The position numbers and the translations under genes were made by a program. Below the pieces are notes generated by a model. The model did no database searches. It was not told where the DNA came from and worked only from the letters and a program-made list of their open reading frames with translations. A stretch of 64,000 nt of DNA from a virus. The DNA lies in IMG/VR virus record IMGVR_UViG_3300029309_000005, positions 32,628 through 96,627 of that record. One strand, given 5' to 3'. Position 1 is the first letter of the stretch. Each line of letters begins with the position of its first letter. Of this stretch, positions 9,953 through 20,094 are shown piece by piece.

Positions 9953-9961
9953 GTGTAAATT

Positions 9962-11398
9962 ATGTCAGACGCTTTACAAAAATTGGCAGCCAATGTTGAT
10001 TTTGAAATGGGGCGTAGAGATTTCAAATACTTTTTTGAAGAAATATGTGGCAAATTCGATGAAAAGAATCCTTGGATTTTGACAAAATTTCATCAAGAAT
10101 GGTTTGATTTATCTGAAAACAACAACAAGACTTGTATCGTAGCCAGTCGTGATCACGGCAAATCTGTATTCTATCGTGTGTATCTACTATGGAAAATGGC
10201 ATATAATCCTGGCACAGAAGTCTTATTTTTCTCTCATAGTCAGCACCAGTCAATTGAACACATGGCTAAGATGAATGAATTGATTGAATCAATACCTGCA
10301 TTGCAGCATCTTAAACCAAAAAGAGGTTGGGCAAAGCAGAAGTTCAAGTTCACAAATAAGTCATCAATATCTGCTATGTCTGTTGGTAAAGCGGTTCGTG
10401 GCGCACACCCTCAAATTGTAGTGCTTGACGATATTCTATCTAGCGAAGCGCAAACACAGTTAAAGCATATTTCATCTTGGTTCTATACTGCATTATTGCC
10501 AGTTCTTCACCATACAGCACAATTATGTATTGTTGGAACACCATTTTCATATACTGATTTGTATTCAGAATTAAAAAAACTAAAATCGTATGCTGTTAGA
10601 GAATACCCTGCAATTAATGAGCAAACAGGAGAACCATTATTCCCTGAACGCTGGTCTTTGGATGCACTGAATAATAGAAGAAATGATATGACATCCATAG
10701 CATTTACTAGGGAATATTTGTGTAAGCCGATTGCTAGTGAAGCAAGTTTGTTTCCAGAAGAAGTTCTTGAAAAAGTTAAAGATGAACACTTGTCATTATC
10801 TTATTATCCTCATGACGGTGAATCATACAATTACTACATAGGATGGGATCCTGCAATTTCAGCAGACCGGAGAGCAGATTATACCTGTATGATGGTGATT
10901 GCAGTTGATGAAAATAAAAACAAACATGTTATTCATACACATCATGAAAAAGGAATGGACTTTTCATCACAAATAGATAAAATCATAGAATTGAATGCTA
11001 GATTTAATCCAGTAATTATTGAATTAGAGACAAATAACTTTGCTGTGGCATTCAATCAAGTTCTAAATGAGATTAGCGATCTTCCAATAAAACCATTCAA
11101 TATGAGCCGAATGAAGAAAGAGGCTTTAATTCATACCCTCCAACTGCAATTTGAACAGGGCAAACTAACTTTACCTTACAAAGATGAAGGAGGCACAAGA
11201 AGATTGATGAATACTCTATTAACCGAACTCTCTACGTTCACTATGCTGGATAACGGTAGAATGGAGAGTCTAGGCGGTCACGATGACATGGTTATGGCTC
11301 TTGCTCTAAGTGTTCAAGCAACAAAGGAGTATCGTGATAACATCGTTATACTAGATGCTGACATATGGCAGAATAGACTAGGGTGGGCAAATGTCTGA
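9962..11398 (+). CDS. terL: Terminase large subunit
   Basis: Walker A SRDHGKS, Walker B VVLDD, coupling motif GTP, nuclease motifs IGWDPA and HDDMVMA. Confidence 0.95.
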   Translation: MSDALQKLAANVDFEMGRRDFKYFFEEICGKFDEKNPWILTKFHQEWFDLSENNNKTCIVASRDHGKSVFYRVYLLWKMAYNPGTEVLFFSHSQHQSIEHMAKMNELIESIPALQHLKPKRGWAKQKFKFTNKSSISAMSVGKAVRGAHPQIVVLDDILSSEAQTQLKHISSWFYTALLPVLHHTAQLCIVGTPFSYTDLYSELKKLKSYAVREYPAINEQTGEPLFPERWSLDALNNRRNDMTSIAFTREYLCKPIASEASLFPEEVLEKVKDEHLSLSYYPHDGESYNYYIGWDPAISADRRADYTCMMVIAVDENKNKHVIHTHHEKGMDFSSQIDKIIELNARFNPVIIELETNNFAVAFNQVLNEISDLPIKPFNMSRMKKEALIHTLQLQFEQGKLTLPYKDEGGTRRLMNTLLTELSTFTMLDNGRMESLGGHDDMVMALALSVQATKEYRDNIVILDADIWQNRLGWANV

Positions 11399-12626
11399 AA
11401 GAATAGAGGGAGTTTTAGGTGTTGAGTCGCCCACTGATGTTATACTCAAAATTTTGGATGAACAACTCATTGATGCGGAATTGAAAAACAATGCTCAAGA
11501 AAGAAAACTTCTCGAAACTCAGAAAAAAGTTGCTGCAAAAAAAGGCAAATCGACAGGCGAATCACGTGAAGGTGCTAGTATAGATGGATTAGATGCAGAC
11601 AATCGAGGTGGAGGTGATGTTCAACCAGGAACTGCCGTTCAAACTCAAACATCCCCCATTCCAGTTACAAAGACATGGTTTGTTGATAATTTTGGGATGC
11701 AAGGATCTGAAATGGTTGATTTATTTATGAAATCTGACAAAAGTGAAATTGTTTCAATTATAGAACCGTTGATTATTCAAGAAAGAATTGCTTTATTGAA
11801 ATCATTTCCTTCAGTTTCTCCCGATCTTGTTACTAAAATCCCATTTACTGATTTTGATTGGCAGATGTTACAAAAAAATGTATCATCATTGGAAATACCA
11901 TTTAGAAGATTTGTGAAAAGTTGGAGTGATGGAAATGATTCTGCGTATGATGTTTGGCACAATCGCATTACAAAGGAACAAAGATTAAGTTTGCCAGAAA
12001 GAAAAATATTACAAAAAGCACATGATGTTTTAGAATCTCATGGTAGCATGAATACTCAATCGTTACAGTCGCATGGCGTTAATGGTAGCACTACTAAAAT
12101 TGCCATGTTAATAAAATCACATGGATTTTTGTATGATATTAAGCCACAGGGTAGCGGCTCAAAAAATACAGACAAAGGTTTGTTTTATGGGTTACAAAAG
12201 ATGGATGTTTTCATAAAAGATGCTGGTGCTTTGATTGGCGGGTTATATGAGATGGGAGGGGAAATTGAAATCAGTTCACGTGGCATTCCAAGATTGGTTC
12301 TACCTTTTAGTTCTAACATTCGCAAAGAATATGCCAATGCACTGAATAATGAATTGGGTGTGCGAGGAATTATAGCCGAAGGCAGGGGGCTAGTGATTGA
12401 AGGGGAGATTTCAGTCGCTAAATCAATTGAGTCTGCTTTACCATTTTTGCATGATAAGAAAGGAGAGATTGTTATACTAAAGAAGTCACTAAAAGATGAT
12501 ACTGATGCTTTGCGGTGTTTAACATACTCACAATCTAAGCCTCAGAAACAAGTGTCTTTACTGAAAATGTGGAACATGTCATTAGAATCATTTGAAACTA
12601 TGAAACGAGGTGTGATTGATGGCTGA
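11391..12626 (+). CDS. Protein with wHTH-like domain and degenerate LAGLIDADG-like C-terminal domain
   Basis: ALIGGLYEMGGEIEISSRGIPRL...ELGVRGI...ALPFLHDKK resembles the LAGLIDADG fold but lacks the catalytic acidic residue. Confidence 0.55.
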   Translation: MSERIEGVLGVESPTDVILKILDEQLIDAELKNNAQERKLLETQKKVAAKKGKSTGESREGASIDGLDADNRGGGDVQPGTAVQTQTSPIPVTKTWFVDNFGMQGSEMVDLFMKSDKSEIVSIIEPLIIQERIALLKSFPSVSPDLVTKIPFTDFDWQMLQKNVSSLEIPFRRFVKSWSDGNDSAYDVWHNRITKEQRLSLPERKILQKAHDVLESHGSMNTQSLQSHGVNGSTTKIAMLIKSHGFLYDIKPQGSGSKNTDKGLFYGLQKMDVFIKDAGALIGGLYEMGGEIEISSRGIPRLVLPFSSNIRKEYANALNNELGVRGIIAEGRGLVIEGEISVAKSIESALPFLHDKKGEIVILKKSLKDDTDALRCLTYSQSKPQKQVSLLKMWNMSLESFETMKRGVIDG

Positions 12627-14427
12627 TAAAGAGCGATTAGAACGGCTCTTTTCTGCCATAGGTATAGACATGGAGAGGCATACTACTCCAATGCCAACTA
12701 TGCCTTTGTTCCAGTCTGGAATACAAGAGCCTCCACTTTTACAAGGTATCACAATACCTGCCTTGTATGCTTGCACATTTGAGTGCGTAGTTTTGCGTTC
12801 TATTCTAAATCATTTAGCAGTTGAAACATTTCGTAAAGGGTATGGATGGAAACCAAAGTTTGTTGTAAAGTGTGTTGATTGTAATGAAGTATATCATCAA
12901 GAAGTTGATGCCTGTAAAAAGTGTGGCGGTGAAGTTCGTAAGGCAGACAAAGGCGAATTAGAATATGCTGAAACTTTACTCGAAAGCAAAAATGGAATGA
13001 TGCAAAACTTTGTTGAAATTATGAAAGAAATTGAAATGGACTTAAACATTGTTGATGATGCTTACATTGTTTTGACAAAAGAATACTTCGTTGATCCTGA
13101 TAGCAAGAAGGTTATGTTTTATCGAATAAAAGAAATATCACGTGCAGACCCTATCTTTATGCGTATGCTTGCTGATAAAAGAGGGGTTCGTGGAGGTAGT
13201 CAATACACAAGTTTAGTTGATAGAACCTTCAGAACCAGTGACCCAAAAGATAAGTGTCCTACAACTGGTATGCCAGTAGTGCCAATACATTACATGAACC
13301 TAGCAGGTGTTGGTAAAGGTCAAGTATATACTGAAGGCGAAGTAATACACCTAAGTAAGTGGTCGCCATCTAAACTGTATGGTCGTAGCCCAGTTGCTAC
13401 GATGTGGAGGCAAGTGAACACTTTAATTGCTATGGATAACTATGTTTATTCTGCATATCAAAAGAAGCGTATGCCTAGAGGTGTAATGGTGATTAAATCA
13501 TCCAATATGGAAACTGTTGAAAGAACTGCTAGAAATATACAGGAACACCTTGAGCGTGACCCATCTTACATTCCTACAATTGGTGTTGAAACTGAATCTG
13601 GTAGAGGCGGTCTTGAATATGTCCGTATGATGGACACACTAGAAGAATTACAATATATTCCAATCAAAGACGATATTAGACAAAGAATTGCTGCATTCTT
13701 TGGCGTGTCAAATGTGTTTATGAATGATGTATCTGGAGGCGGTTTGAATAATGAAGGTATGCAGATTGTAGTTAGCAATCGTGCGGTTGCTTATGCTCAG
13801 TCTATTTACAATCGTATTTTATTCCCTCAACTTGTCGAAGCGTTTGAAATCAAAGAATGGGAATTGGTTTTGAACCCGCATGAAGAAGAAGATGAAATCA
13901 TGCAACTCAGGAGAGATGAAATGGCAATACGCAATATGATGCAGATGAAACAAGCAGGTTATGACGCATCATTGAGAGATGGTATTGATGATAAGATTCT
14001 GCACTTTGATTTCAAAGAACCTGATCCGCAGAAAGTGGCTGCTGCTGAAGCAGCACAGGCGGCTGCTGCTCAACAACAGGGAGGTCAAGCCCCTGTTCAA
14101 AAAACGAATGAAATTGATGATGACCCAAGTATGATGTTCAAACGAACTACATTTGATTCAAGTCGGGGGTCTGTGCCTATTAATGCTTCATTGATAACTA
14201 CTGTTGGCACTGATTTGCCACCGCTAAGAACTCAAAGTCAAAACACTAGAAGAAGCGGTGGCTCAAGTCCAGGTATGATTGATCGAGTCGAAGGTGCGCC
14301 TACTGGTGCAGATGTAAAAACCGATAAACGCAATTTGAAATCACCCGCAGAAAAAGCAATTGATGAAAATATACGTCAAAAGGAAAAACGCAATGGTTTA
14401 GGCGAATCAAGGGGTAACAGTCAATAA
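12616..14427 (+). CDS. Portal protein with Zn-ribbon insertion (start ATG 12619)
   Basis: DLNIVDDAY, VIH...LYGRSP, MPRGV, IAAFFGVS HK97-type portal motifs; CVDC...CKKC insert; follows TerL. Confidence 0.9.
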   Translation: MMADKERLERLFSAIGIDMERHTTPMPTMPLFQSGIQEPPLLQGITIPALYACTFECVVLRSILNHLAVETFRKGYGWKPKFVVKCVDCNEVYHQEVDACKKCGGEVRKADKGELEYAETLLESKNGMMQNFVEIMKEIEMDLNIVDDAYIVLTKEYFVDPDSKKVMFYRIKEISRADPIFMRMLADKRGVRGGSQYTSLVDRTFRTSDPKDKCPTTGMPVVPIHYMNLAGVGKGQVYTEGEVIHLSKWSPSKLYGRSPVATMWRQVNTLIAMDNYVYSAYQKKRMPRGVMVIKSSNMETVERTARNIQEHLERDPSYIPTIGVETESGRGGLEYVRMMDTLEELQYIPIKDDIRQRIAAFFGVSNVFMNDVSGGGLNNEGMQIVVSNRAVAYAQSIYNRILFPQLVEAFEIKEWELVLNPHEEEDEIMQLRRDEMAIRNMMQMKQAGYDASLRDGIDDKILHFDFKEPDPQKVAAAEAAQAAAAQQQGGQAPVQKTNEIDDDPSMMFKRTTFDSSRGSVPINASLITTVGTDLPPLRTQSQNTRRSGGSSPGMIDRVEGAPTGADVKTDKRNLKSPAEKAIDENIRQKEKRNGLGESRGNSQ

Positions 14428-14457
14428 ATAGGAGATTATGCGAAAGGGTGAGCGAAG

Positions 14458-14805
14458 ATGTCTGAGCAATTTGAAATTATAGCGAAAATGGATCCGATGG
14501 CTAGAAGGGCATTGGCAGCAGTTGAGGCAATTGCTAAAGGCATTGCTGAAAATAATACCGACTCAATCTCTGCAAATATCATGGCGGCAGAGAACGCATT
14601 ATCAATGTTAAAGTCTGATTTAGCACTTCACGACCAACTGCAAAAGGCACTAGCAAAGAGTCAACCAGCAGAGAAGTTTTTGGGTGTGATACCACAATAT
14701 GATAACACCGCTTCAGATTACAATGGCACTGAAAACGCTGTTGCTATGGGTGTAAGCAGACATGGCCGTGACACTGGATTCTTTACACCGCATAGGATTG
14801 TGTGA
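14458..14805 (+). CDS. Small helical head-associated protein
   Basis: GGGTGA SD; IAKM and LAKS sites; located between portal and protease. Confidence 0.7.
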   Translation: MSEQFEIIAKMDPMARRALAAVEAIAKGIAENNTDSISANIMAAENALSMLKSDLALHDQLQKALAKSQPAEKFLGVIPQYDNTASDYNGTENAVAMGVSRHGRDTGFFTPHRIV

Positions 14806-15233
14806 TTACAATGTATTCAAGTAGCGGGTGGAGAGATAATCGCCCTAGGGCGCATATTTACAATATGTTCCAAAAACAAGATCCTGTTACATCAGTCTCA
14901 ACAGCACCTGCGGCTCAATTAATTAATGCCATAGATGATGGTATTCAATCATTAGCAAGGCAATGCGATGAAATGAATCAACTTATGTCGCAAGCACGTT
15001 CAACCAATGTCGCTTCTGAACCAACAATTGCACTTCAAAAGAATGTTGATGCACTTAGGCAGAAGGTTTTGTCATTGACTCAAGACATTTCAATGATTCG
15101 AGAAGCACATGCTTCAATTGCACAAATGCAGCCCCTTGCACCAGTTCAGCCTAACGATCCAATGATGGCTTCGCAAGATCAACAACCGCCAATGAACCCA
15201 ATGGGTGGTGGCATGGGAGGTATGGGAGTATGA
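14802..15233 (+). CDS. Coiled-coil protein, head morphogenesis region
   Basis: Heptad pattern; coupled to neighbours. Confidence 0.65.
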   Translation: MITMYSSSGWRDNRPRAHIYNMFQKQDPVTSVSTAPAAQLINAIDDGIQSLARQCDEMNQLMSQARSTNVASEPTIALQKNVDALRQKVLSLTQDISMIREAHASIAQMQPLAPVQPNDPMMASQDQQPPMNPMGGGMGGMGV

Positions 15234-15550
15234 GTGAGGCCCAGGAACAGGAACATATTGATATTCTCAAAGAATTGGTTTCAGAAGTTCGTGTTCTAAA
15301 CCAGCGTGTTCAAGCACTTGAGGCTGAGAATAATACTTTGGCAAAAGCAATGAGCGACCCTGAAATGCTTATGAGGAAACAAGGATGGAAAAAGTTCACC
15401 ACTCCCCATGCAGAAGAAACATTTGACCCATTAAATCGTGAAATTCCAGTCGATAACACACCATTCTCAGGGAGTGGCGACTTATTCCTAAAATCAAGGG
15501 ATGAAAGACTCAAAGAGTGGGAAGCAGCAGAAAAACAGGTGAGAGTATAA
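15230..15550 (+). CDS. Coiled-coil protein, head morphogenesis region
   Basis: LVSEVRVLNQRVQALEAEN; LAKA and FLKS sites. Confidence 0.7.
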   Translation: MSEAQEQEHIDILKELVSEVRVLNQRVQALEAENNTLAKAMSDPEMLMRKQGWKKFTTPHAEETFDPLNREIPVDNTPFSGSGDLFLKSRDERLKEWEAAEKQVRV

Positions 15551-16608
15551 TGAGCGCACAATGGTTTAATCCGCTTGAACAAACTCCAGAAGGACTTCTT
15601 TTGAAAGATGTTAGAGTATTATTGAAAGAAGTAAAGAACAAAAAGAAGGCTGATCTTGACAATGATGGGAAACTATCTAGTTATGAAAAAAAGCGTGGAA
15701 AAGCAATTGAACAATCTATGGCAAGGCAAGGCTACAAATCAAATCGTGGTCAAACTCCACCAAAAAAATTACCAAGACCAAAAGGTAACAAAAACAAAAT
15801 TGATAAAACAACTGAAATACTTATTGAAATGGGTATTATCAAAAATACAAATTGTAGTGAATGTAAAGAGGCAATGAATAAAAACATGGAATGCCATAGA
15901 TGCGCTGGCGTAAGAAAAGCCTCTATGGATGAGAAAGATGAGTATTGTCGAAAGAACTTTGGGCGTGAATACTCTAAATGCACACCAAAACAACAAGCGC
16001 AATGTGATAGGCATTGCGGAAAAGTGTCAAAGGCTGAGAATCATGAGAGTAAAATTAGGGCTTGCCTCAAGGAAAAAGGAGGGGCTGCTAGTCTTGATGA
16101 TTGTGCCAAAGTGTGTGGTATTTCTGACAAAGAATGTAAAAAAATCATTAGCAACATGGATGGTGTAAAAATATCACCACATGGAGATGTTGTGTTAATG
16201 GATGGTCTGCAAAAAAGCGAAATCAAAAAATACAGCCAAGAATCTAGTGTTGAAAATCTAAAACCTATTTTTGAAAATGTCGATGGTGGAAAACCTGTAA
16301 GAGCGCATGGTTTTACAACAAATGGAACATACCCTGCAACTAACGATGGCCCTAAAAAGTCAATAATAAGTGAAAATGCAAAGATTCCATCTGTTGCTCA
16401 AAAAGGATATACTGTGAAAAGTAGTAGTTTGCATATGCACTACAATGATGCTGGAGGCAATAGAAAAAATCCTCCAAATATTGATACTATTGAGCAGAGA
16501 CTTGCATCACTAACAAAACATGCAGGTCGAAACAATCTTGGTATTATTGGTGAGATTGAAGGGTTGCTCAAGCAAGTTAGAGAGCGCACAGAGAATCCTT
16601 CCAATTGA
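15517..16608 (+). CDS. Multi-module Cys-rich head-associated protein (likely start 15550)
   Basis: EF-hand-like DLDNDGKLSSYE, several Cys-rich minidomains and a wHTH-like unit separated by IIKN/VRKA/VSKA/LQKS/IKKY. Confidence 0.7.
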   Translation: MGSSRKTGESIMSAQWFNPLEQTPEGLLLKDVRVLLKEVKNKKKADLDNDGKLSSYEKKRGKAIEQSMARQGYKSNRGQTPPKKLPRPKGNKNKIDKTTEILIEMGIIKNTNCSECKEAMNKNMECHRCAGVRKASMDEKDEYCRKNFGREYSKCTPKQQAQCDRHCGKVSKAENHESKIRACLKEKGGAASLDDCAKVCGISDKECKKIISNMDGVKISPHGDVVLMDGLQKSEIKKYSQESSVENLKPIFENVDGGKPVRAHGFTTNGTYPATNDGPKKSIISENAKIPSVAQKGYTVKSSSLHMHYNDAGGNRKNPPNIDTIEQRLASLTKHAGRNNLGIIGEIEGLLKQVRERTENPSN

Positions 16609-19600
16609 GGGGGGATTTTGTGACTAGCGACTTAGATAGATTGCGAACTGATGCAATAGTATCTATTCTAAGAGGTTCAGATTACAATATTGAAAAGTAT
16701 ATGGATCAAGTTCCTGAGCAAATATCAGGCTCTCCAGAAGATATGGTTACAATGCTTGGGGCTATGGAACCTAGATTGCCCGAATATAGGATGCAAGACT
16801 TGTCAAAGCCTCTGCCTGTATCTCAAATGAAAATTCCAAACTACGAAGATTTTGTTGCAGGTCATACTAAAATATCAAACAGTCCTATCAAAGACTGGCC
16901 CCTTGCTTCAGCAGACAACCAATTTGGAGAGCATCATGTTTTTGGAATGGCTTCAAACAGTTGTCCTCTATTGCATGGTGCTGCACATGGCGACCCTGCA
17001 TACGCAGAACACTTGGCACATGTGATGCCAATGCTAAAACAAATTGCAGCACGTGAAAAGCAGTTAAATTATGATAAAAGGATCTATGGCGACCCAAAAG
17101 AAAGTCAATATGATTTAATGGTTAGAGATCGTAATCGTTACAGAACATATACAGATGAAGAATATTCTCAAGGAAAAATAGAGGAATGGAAAAAGAATCT
17201 AGGTCTGCTACCGTATCTTTTTGGTTTAGAATATCAAACGGATGAACAGCGTGAAAACTTTGTTGACTTGATTAGACAATTGGCAACCACTGAGGGGATG
17301 ATTTCTCCAGATGGTAAATTCATAAGAAATAAAATGCAAGAAAAAGCAGGTATATCTTGGGGTAGGGCATTGCGTAATTTTAGAGCAAGATTCATTCCTT
17401 TAATTCAATGGTGGAAAAGAGCCAGCGATAGACATGGCCCTGTATCTCCCGTTCAAAATATGATGGATTTAGAAACTCTTGTTAAATCTGATACTAATGA
17501 TGCAGGGCCGCATTATGCTAGTCCGTTTGTGCTAGTTCCTCCATCTGAAATAACAAACTCTCATACATATCAATGGTGGGATATTTACCAGCCCTGGGGC
17601 GGTGTTGGTCGTGATTTGAATTCATTGCATGATGTAATGAAACAATCTTATCCGAAGATTTTTGATGGAGGATGGTTAGATAATACTTTGATGTTAGCCT
17701 CTAATTCTATTTTAGATACCTATAATACAGATGGTGGTAGTCATTTTCCACATTTGATTAACCATCCACAATCAAGTGGAACTCCTGAATATAGTTCTCT
17801 AAAATCGACATTTGACGATGTGTTTGAAAGAAAAAGAGCAAACTTTAGTCATGCTTCTAATCTTCATTTCCTACATCCTAGTGAAATAACAGGACAGGGC
17901 GGTAGGATGTTAATACCTTCAGACCAAATGATATTGAGTCGCTTAGGCAGATCCTTAGCAAGTCAAACTGATATGGGTGCGCCAAGAATTGGAATGTTTA
18001 GAGAGGAACACCCAACAAGTAATCCTACATATTGGGATAGTCACAATGCTTTGTTTGCTGCAAATGATATGCACATTGGCAAGGTAATGAATAATATGGC
18101 TCAACAAGTAATGAAACAGTTTGGGTCAGGAATATTAAATCCTCAAGACCCAAATAATATCGAAGCGGCTACTCTTGCACGTGGTAATTTACAACAAATA
18201 GCAAGTGCGGCTGACTTTGTATTAAAACGAATGAACATGGGTGAAGAATACAAAGCATTAGCCCCTACTTTAGAAAACGGCATGATGAATATGCAAATAA
18301 AACCGATTGGCCCTATAAGCCCAAACTCATTTGCTACAACCCCCCCTACATACCTCACAGGGAATACACATTTATGGGGCCACGAAATGCCAACAAACTT
18401 AGCATGGAAAGAGGATCGTAAAAGCGGGGGTGTTAAGTTTTCACAAATCGCAGAACCATTCAATATAATGCAAAGGACTGTGCATGAAAATAAAATCAAA
18501 GCCATATTACCTTCATTACTAGATACTAATATTATGCCAAAGCAGAATGATATAATGGCCTTATCTGCATTAGATAGTAGAGGTCTTTCACCTATTGCTA
18601 CTGGTAGTCTATTGAAGTCTGATGAGTATGAGCCAACGGGTGTATTCAAAACAAAAATTATACCTGCATATACCATTCACAAATTAGATGATATGGATAA
18701 ATTAAAAGGGTTTTCTGGTGAATGGGTGGTTCAAAAAATGCCAAAAGGCAAAAGAATGTTTATTGAAAAGAAAGAAAATCATTTGAAGAATGGTAAATTG
18801 CCATCCGAAGTAAAGAAGGATCTTCGTAAAATAAATGGGGATTTTACATTTGATGCTTATTTAGATGGAGATACTTTGTCAGTAGTTGATTTGTTAGTTC
18901 ACAAAGGAACGGATATGCACCTTGAGCCTTTAGAAGATAGAGTCAATGCTCTTAGAACTCTATATGATTCAACTGAAAATGTTCATTTTCCAATGCCAAC
19001 TAATTGTGTTTCAACTGATCAAGAGGGTTTGAGTAAGGCAATTACGGCATTCGATGAGTCTGAACTACTGATTCGAGATTCTAAATCTACATTTATGAAA
19101 GAGAAAGAAGTGCATCCCAAATGGATTAGATATGCAAAAGATTCTATCGCTAAGGCTTTCTATCCACCAATGCCCGAACTAATAGTTTATCCAAACAAAA
19201 TTAAATTGTGTTATCCTTCTGTGTTTGAACCTGTGGTTGTGAAAGGCTCATTTGATGGCATTGGTTTTGATATTGCAGGATATGAAGGTAATCAAGCAAT
19301 GCTTTCAAAGGCTGTTCGAGATATACCCCTTTGGAGTCCGGTAGCCATTAGTTTATTGAAAGAGGGTGCAGCGACAGGTAGTGGTGGTGCATTTACATCA
19401 ACCAGCACTGGCGGTTTCAATCCGATTCATTCAAAACCTAATAGAAAAAATAGACCACGAAAACTAAAGATAGTGAAAGAAACAATAGTTCGTGCGCCAT
19501 CTGTAATTGGTGAAGATGAGGAAGGAGATAGTGTCGCAGATACTATGAAATATGCAAGGAAAGCAATTACAATAGATGACCAGGCAAAAACAACAAAACA

Positions 19601-20051
19601 ACTTTTAGAAAAAGTCAAAGGTCTAAATGAAAAAATGCTAGAAATGTATGCTGGCGAATACGGTTTGGAGAGAACTAAAGATGGAAAAAAGTGGACTATT
19701 AATGAGGCAATAGATGACGACATCATTGAAAGAATGTTTCCACGTATGAACCGTATCTCTCCAGACGGAGGTGCTTGGGCGGGTATGCAAGCAGACATTA
19801 CTGCACCAAGAGGGCCAACAGAATTGATTGAAGATAGTGGAACTACATTTTACGATCCAAAACAAAATGAAGAAGTTGAGGAAATACCAATGAAACATCT
19901 CAAAGTCAAAGATGATATGACTGGAGATGAAGCAGTTATTGACATCAAAGATGGAAAAGCAACACTTCGTATGCCATTAAAAACACAGCAGGAGTTGGCA
20001 GATGAGCAAGAAGTTGAGGCTGATGATAGATCAGAACCACAAGAAATCTGA
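16605..20051 (+). CDS. Large head-associated polyprotein with a degenerate ATP-dependent ligase (nucleotidyltransferase)-like domain
   Basis: WVVQKMPKGKR, FTFDAYL, VVDLL, LEDRVNALR, LLIRD, KWIRY occur in ligase motif order; immediately upstream of the protease. Confidence 0.65.
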   Translation: MRGDFVTSDLDRLRTDAIVSILRGSDYNIEKYMDQVPEQISGSPEDMVTMLGAMEPRLPEYRMQDLSKPLPVSQMKIPNYEDFVAGHTKISNSPIKDWPLASADNQFGEHHVFGMASNSCPLLHGAAHGDPAYAEHLAHVMPMLKQIAAREKQLNYDKRIYGDPKESQYDLMVRDRNRYRTYTDEEYSQGKIEEWKKNLGLLPYLFGLEYQTDEQRENFVDLIRQLATTEGMISPDGKFIRNKMQEKAGISWGRALRNFRARFIPLIQWWKRASDRHGPVSPVQNMMDLETLVKSDTNDAGPHYASPFVLVPPSEITNSHTYQWWDIYQPWGGVGRDLNSLHDVMKQSYPKIFDGGWLDNTLMLASNSILDTYNTDGGSHFPHLINHPQSSGTPEYSSLKSTFDDVFERKRANFSHASNLHFLHPSEITGQGGRMLIPSDQMILSRLGRSLASQTDMGAPRIGMFREEHPTSNPTYWDSHNALFAANDMHIGKVMNNMAQQVMKQFGSGILNPQDPNNIEAATLARGNLQQIASAADFVLKRMNMGEEYKALAPTLENGMMNMQIKPIGPISPNSFATTPPTYLTGNTHLWGHEMPTNLAWKEDRKSGGVKFSQIAEPFNIMQRTVHENKIKAILPSLLDTNIMPKQNDIMALSALDSRGLSPIATGSLLKSDEYEPTGVFKTKIIPAYTIHKLDDMDKLKGFSGEWVVQKMPKGKRMFIEKKENHLKNGKLPSEVKKDLRKINGDFTFDAYLDGDTLSVVDLLVHKGTDMHLEPLEDRVNALRTLYDSTENVHFPMPTNCVSTDQEGLSKAITAFDESELLIRDSKSTFMKEKEVHPKWIRYAKDSIAKAFYPPMPELIVYPNKIKLCYPSVFEPVVVKGSFDGIGFDIAGYEGNQAMLSKAVRDIPLWSPVAISLLKEGAATGSGGAFTSTSTGGFNPIHSKPNRKNRPRKLKIVKETIVRAPSVIGEDEEGDSVADTMKYARKAITIDDQAKTTKQLLEKVKGLNEKMLEMYAGEYGLERTKDGKKWTINEAIDDDIIERMFPRMNRISPDGGAWAGMQADITAPRGPTELIEDSGTTFYDPKQNEEVEEIPMKHLKVKDDMTGDEAVIDIKDGKATLRMPLKTQQELADEQEVEADDRSEPQEI

Positions 20052-20064
20052 AACCTACCCCTTC

Positions 20065-20080
20065 ATATAGGATTACACTA
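20065..20080 (+). promoter_or_regulatory. TATA-like box (TTCATATA) for a probably leaderless protease-MCP transcript
   Basis: Intergenic; starts about 24 nt upstream of ATG 20095, which has no SD. Confidence 0.5.
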
Positions 20081-20094
20081 ACTCGACTGATTCA

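Noticed and set aside
9962-11398. Intein or intron in TerL (or in the MCM-like/primase genes)
   Set aside because: Lengths are normal, motifs are contiguous and no intein C/HN termini are seen
18143-19898. Antisense ORFs inside 16605-20051 (and similar short shadow ORFs throughout)
   Set aside because: Fully nested opposite long genes with recognisable motifs; no SD or domain signal
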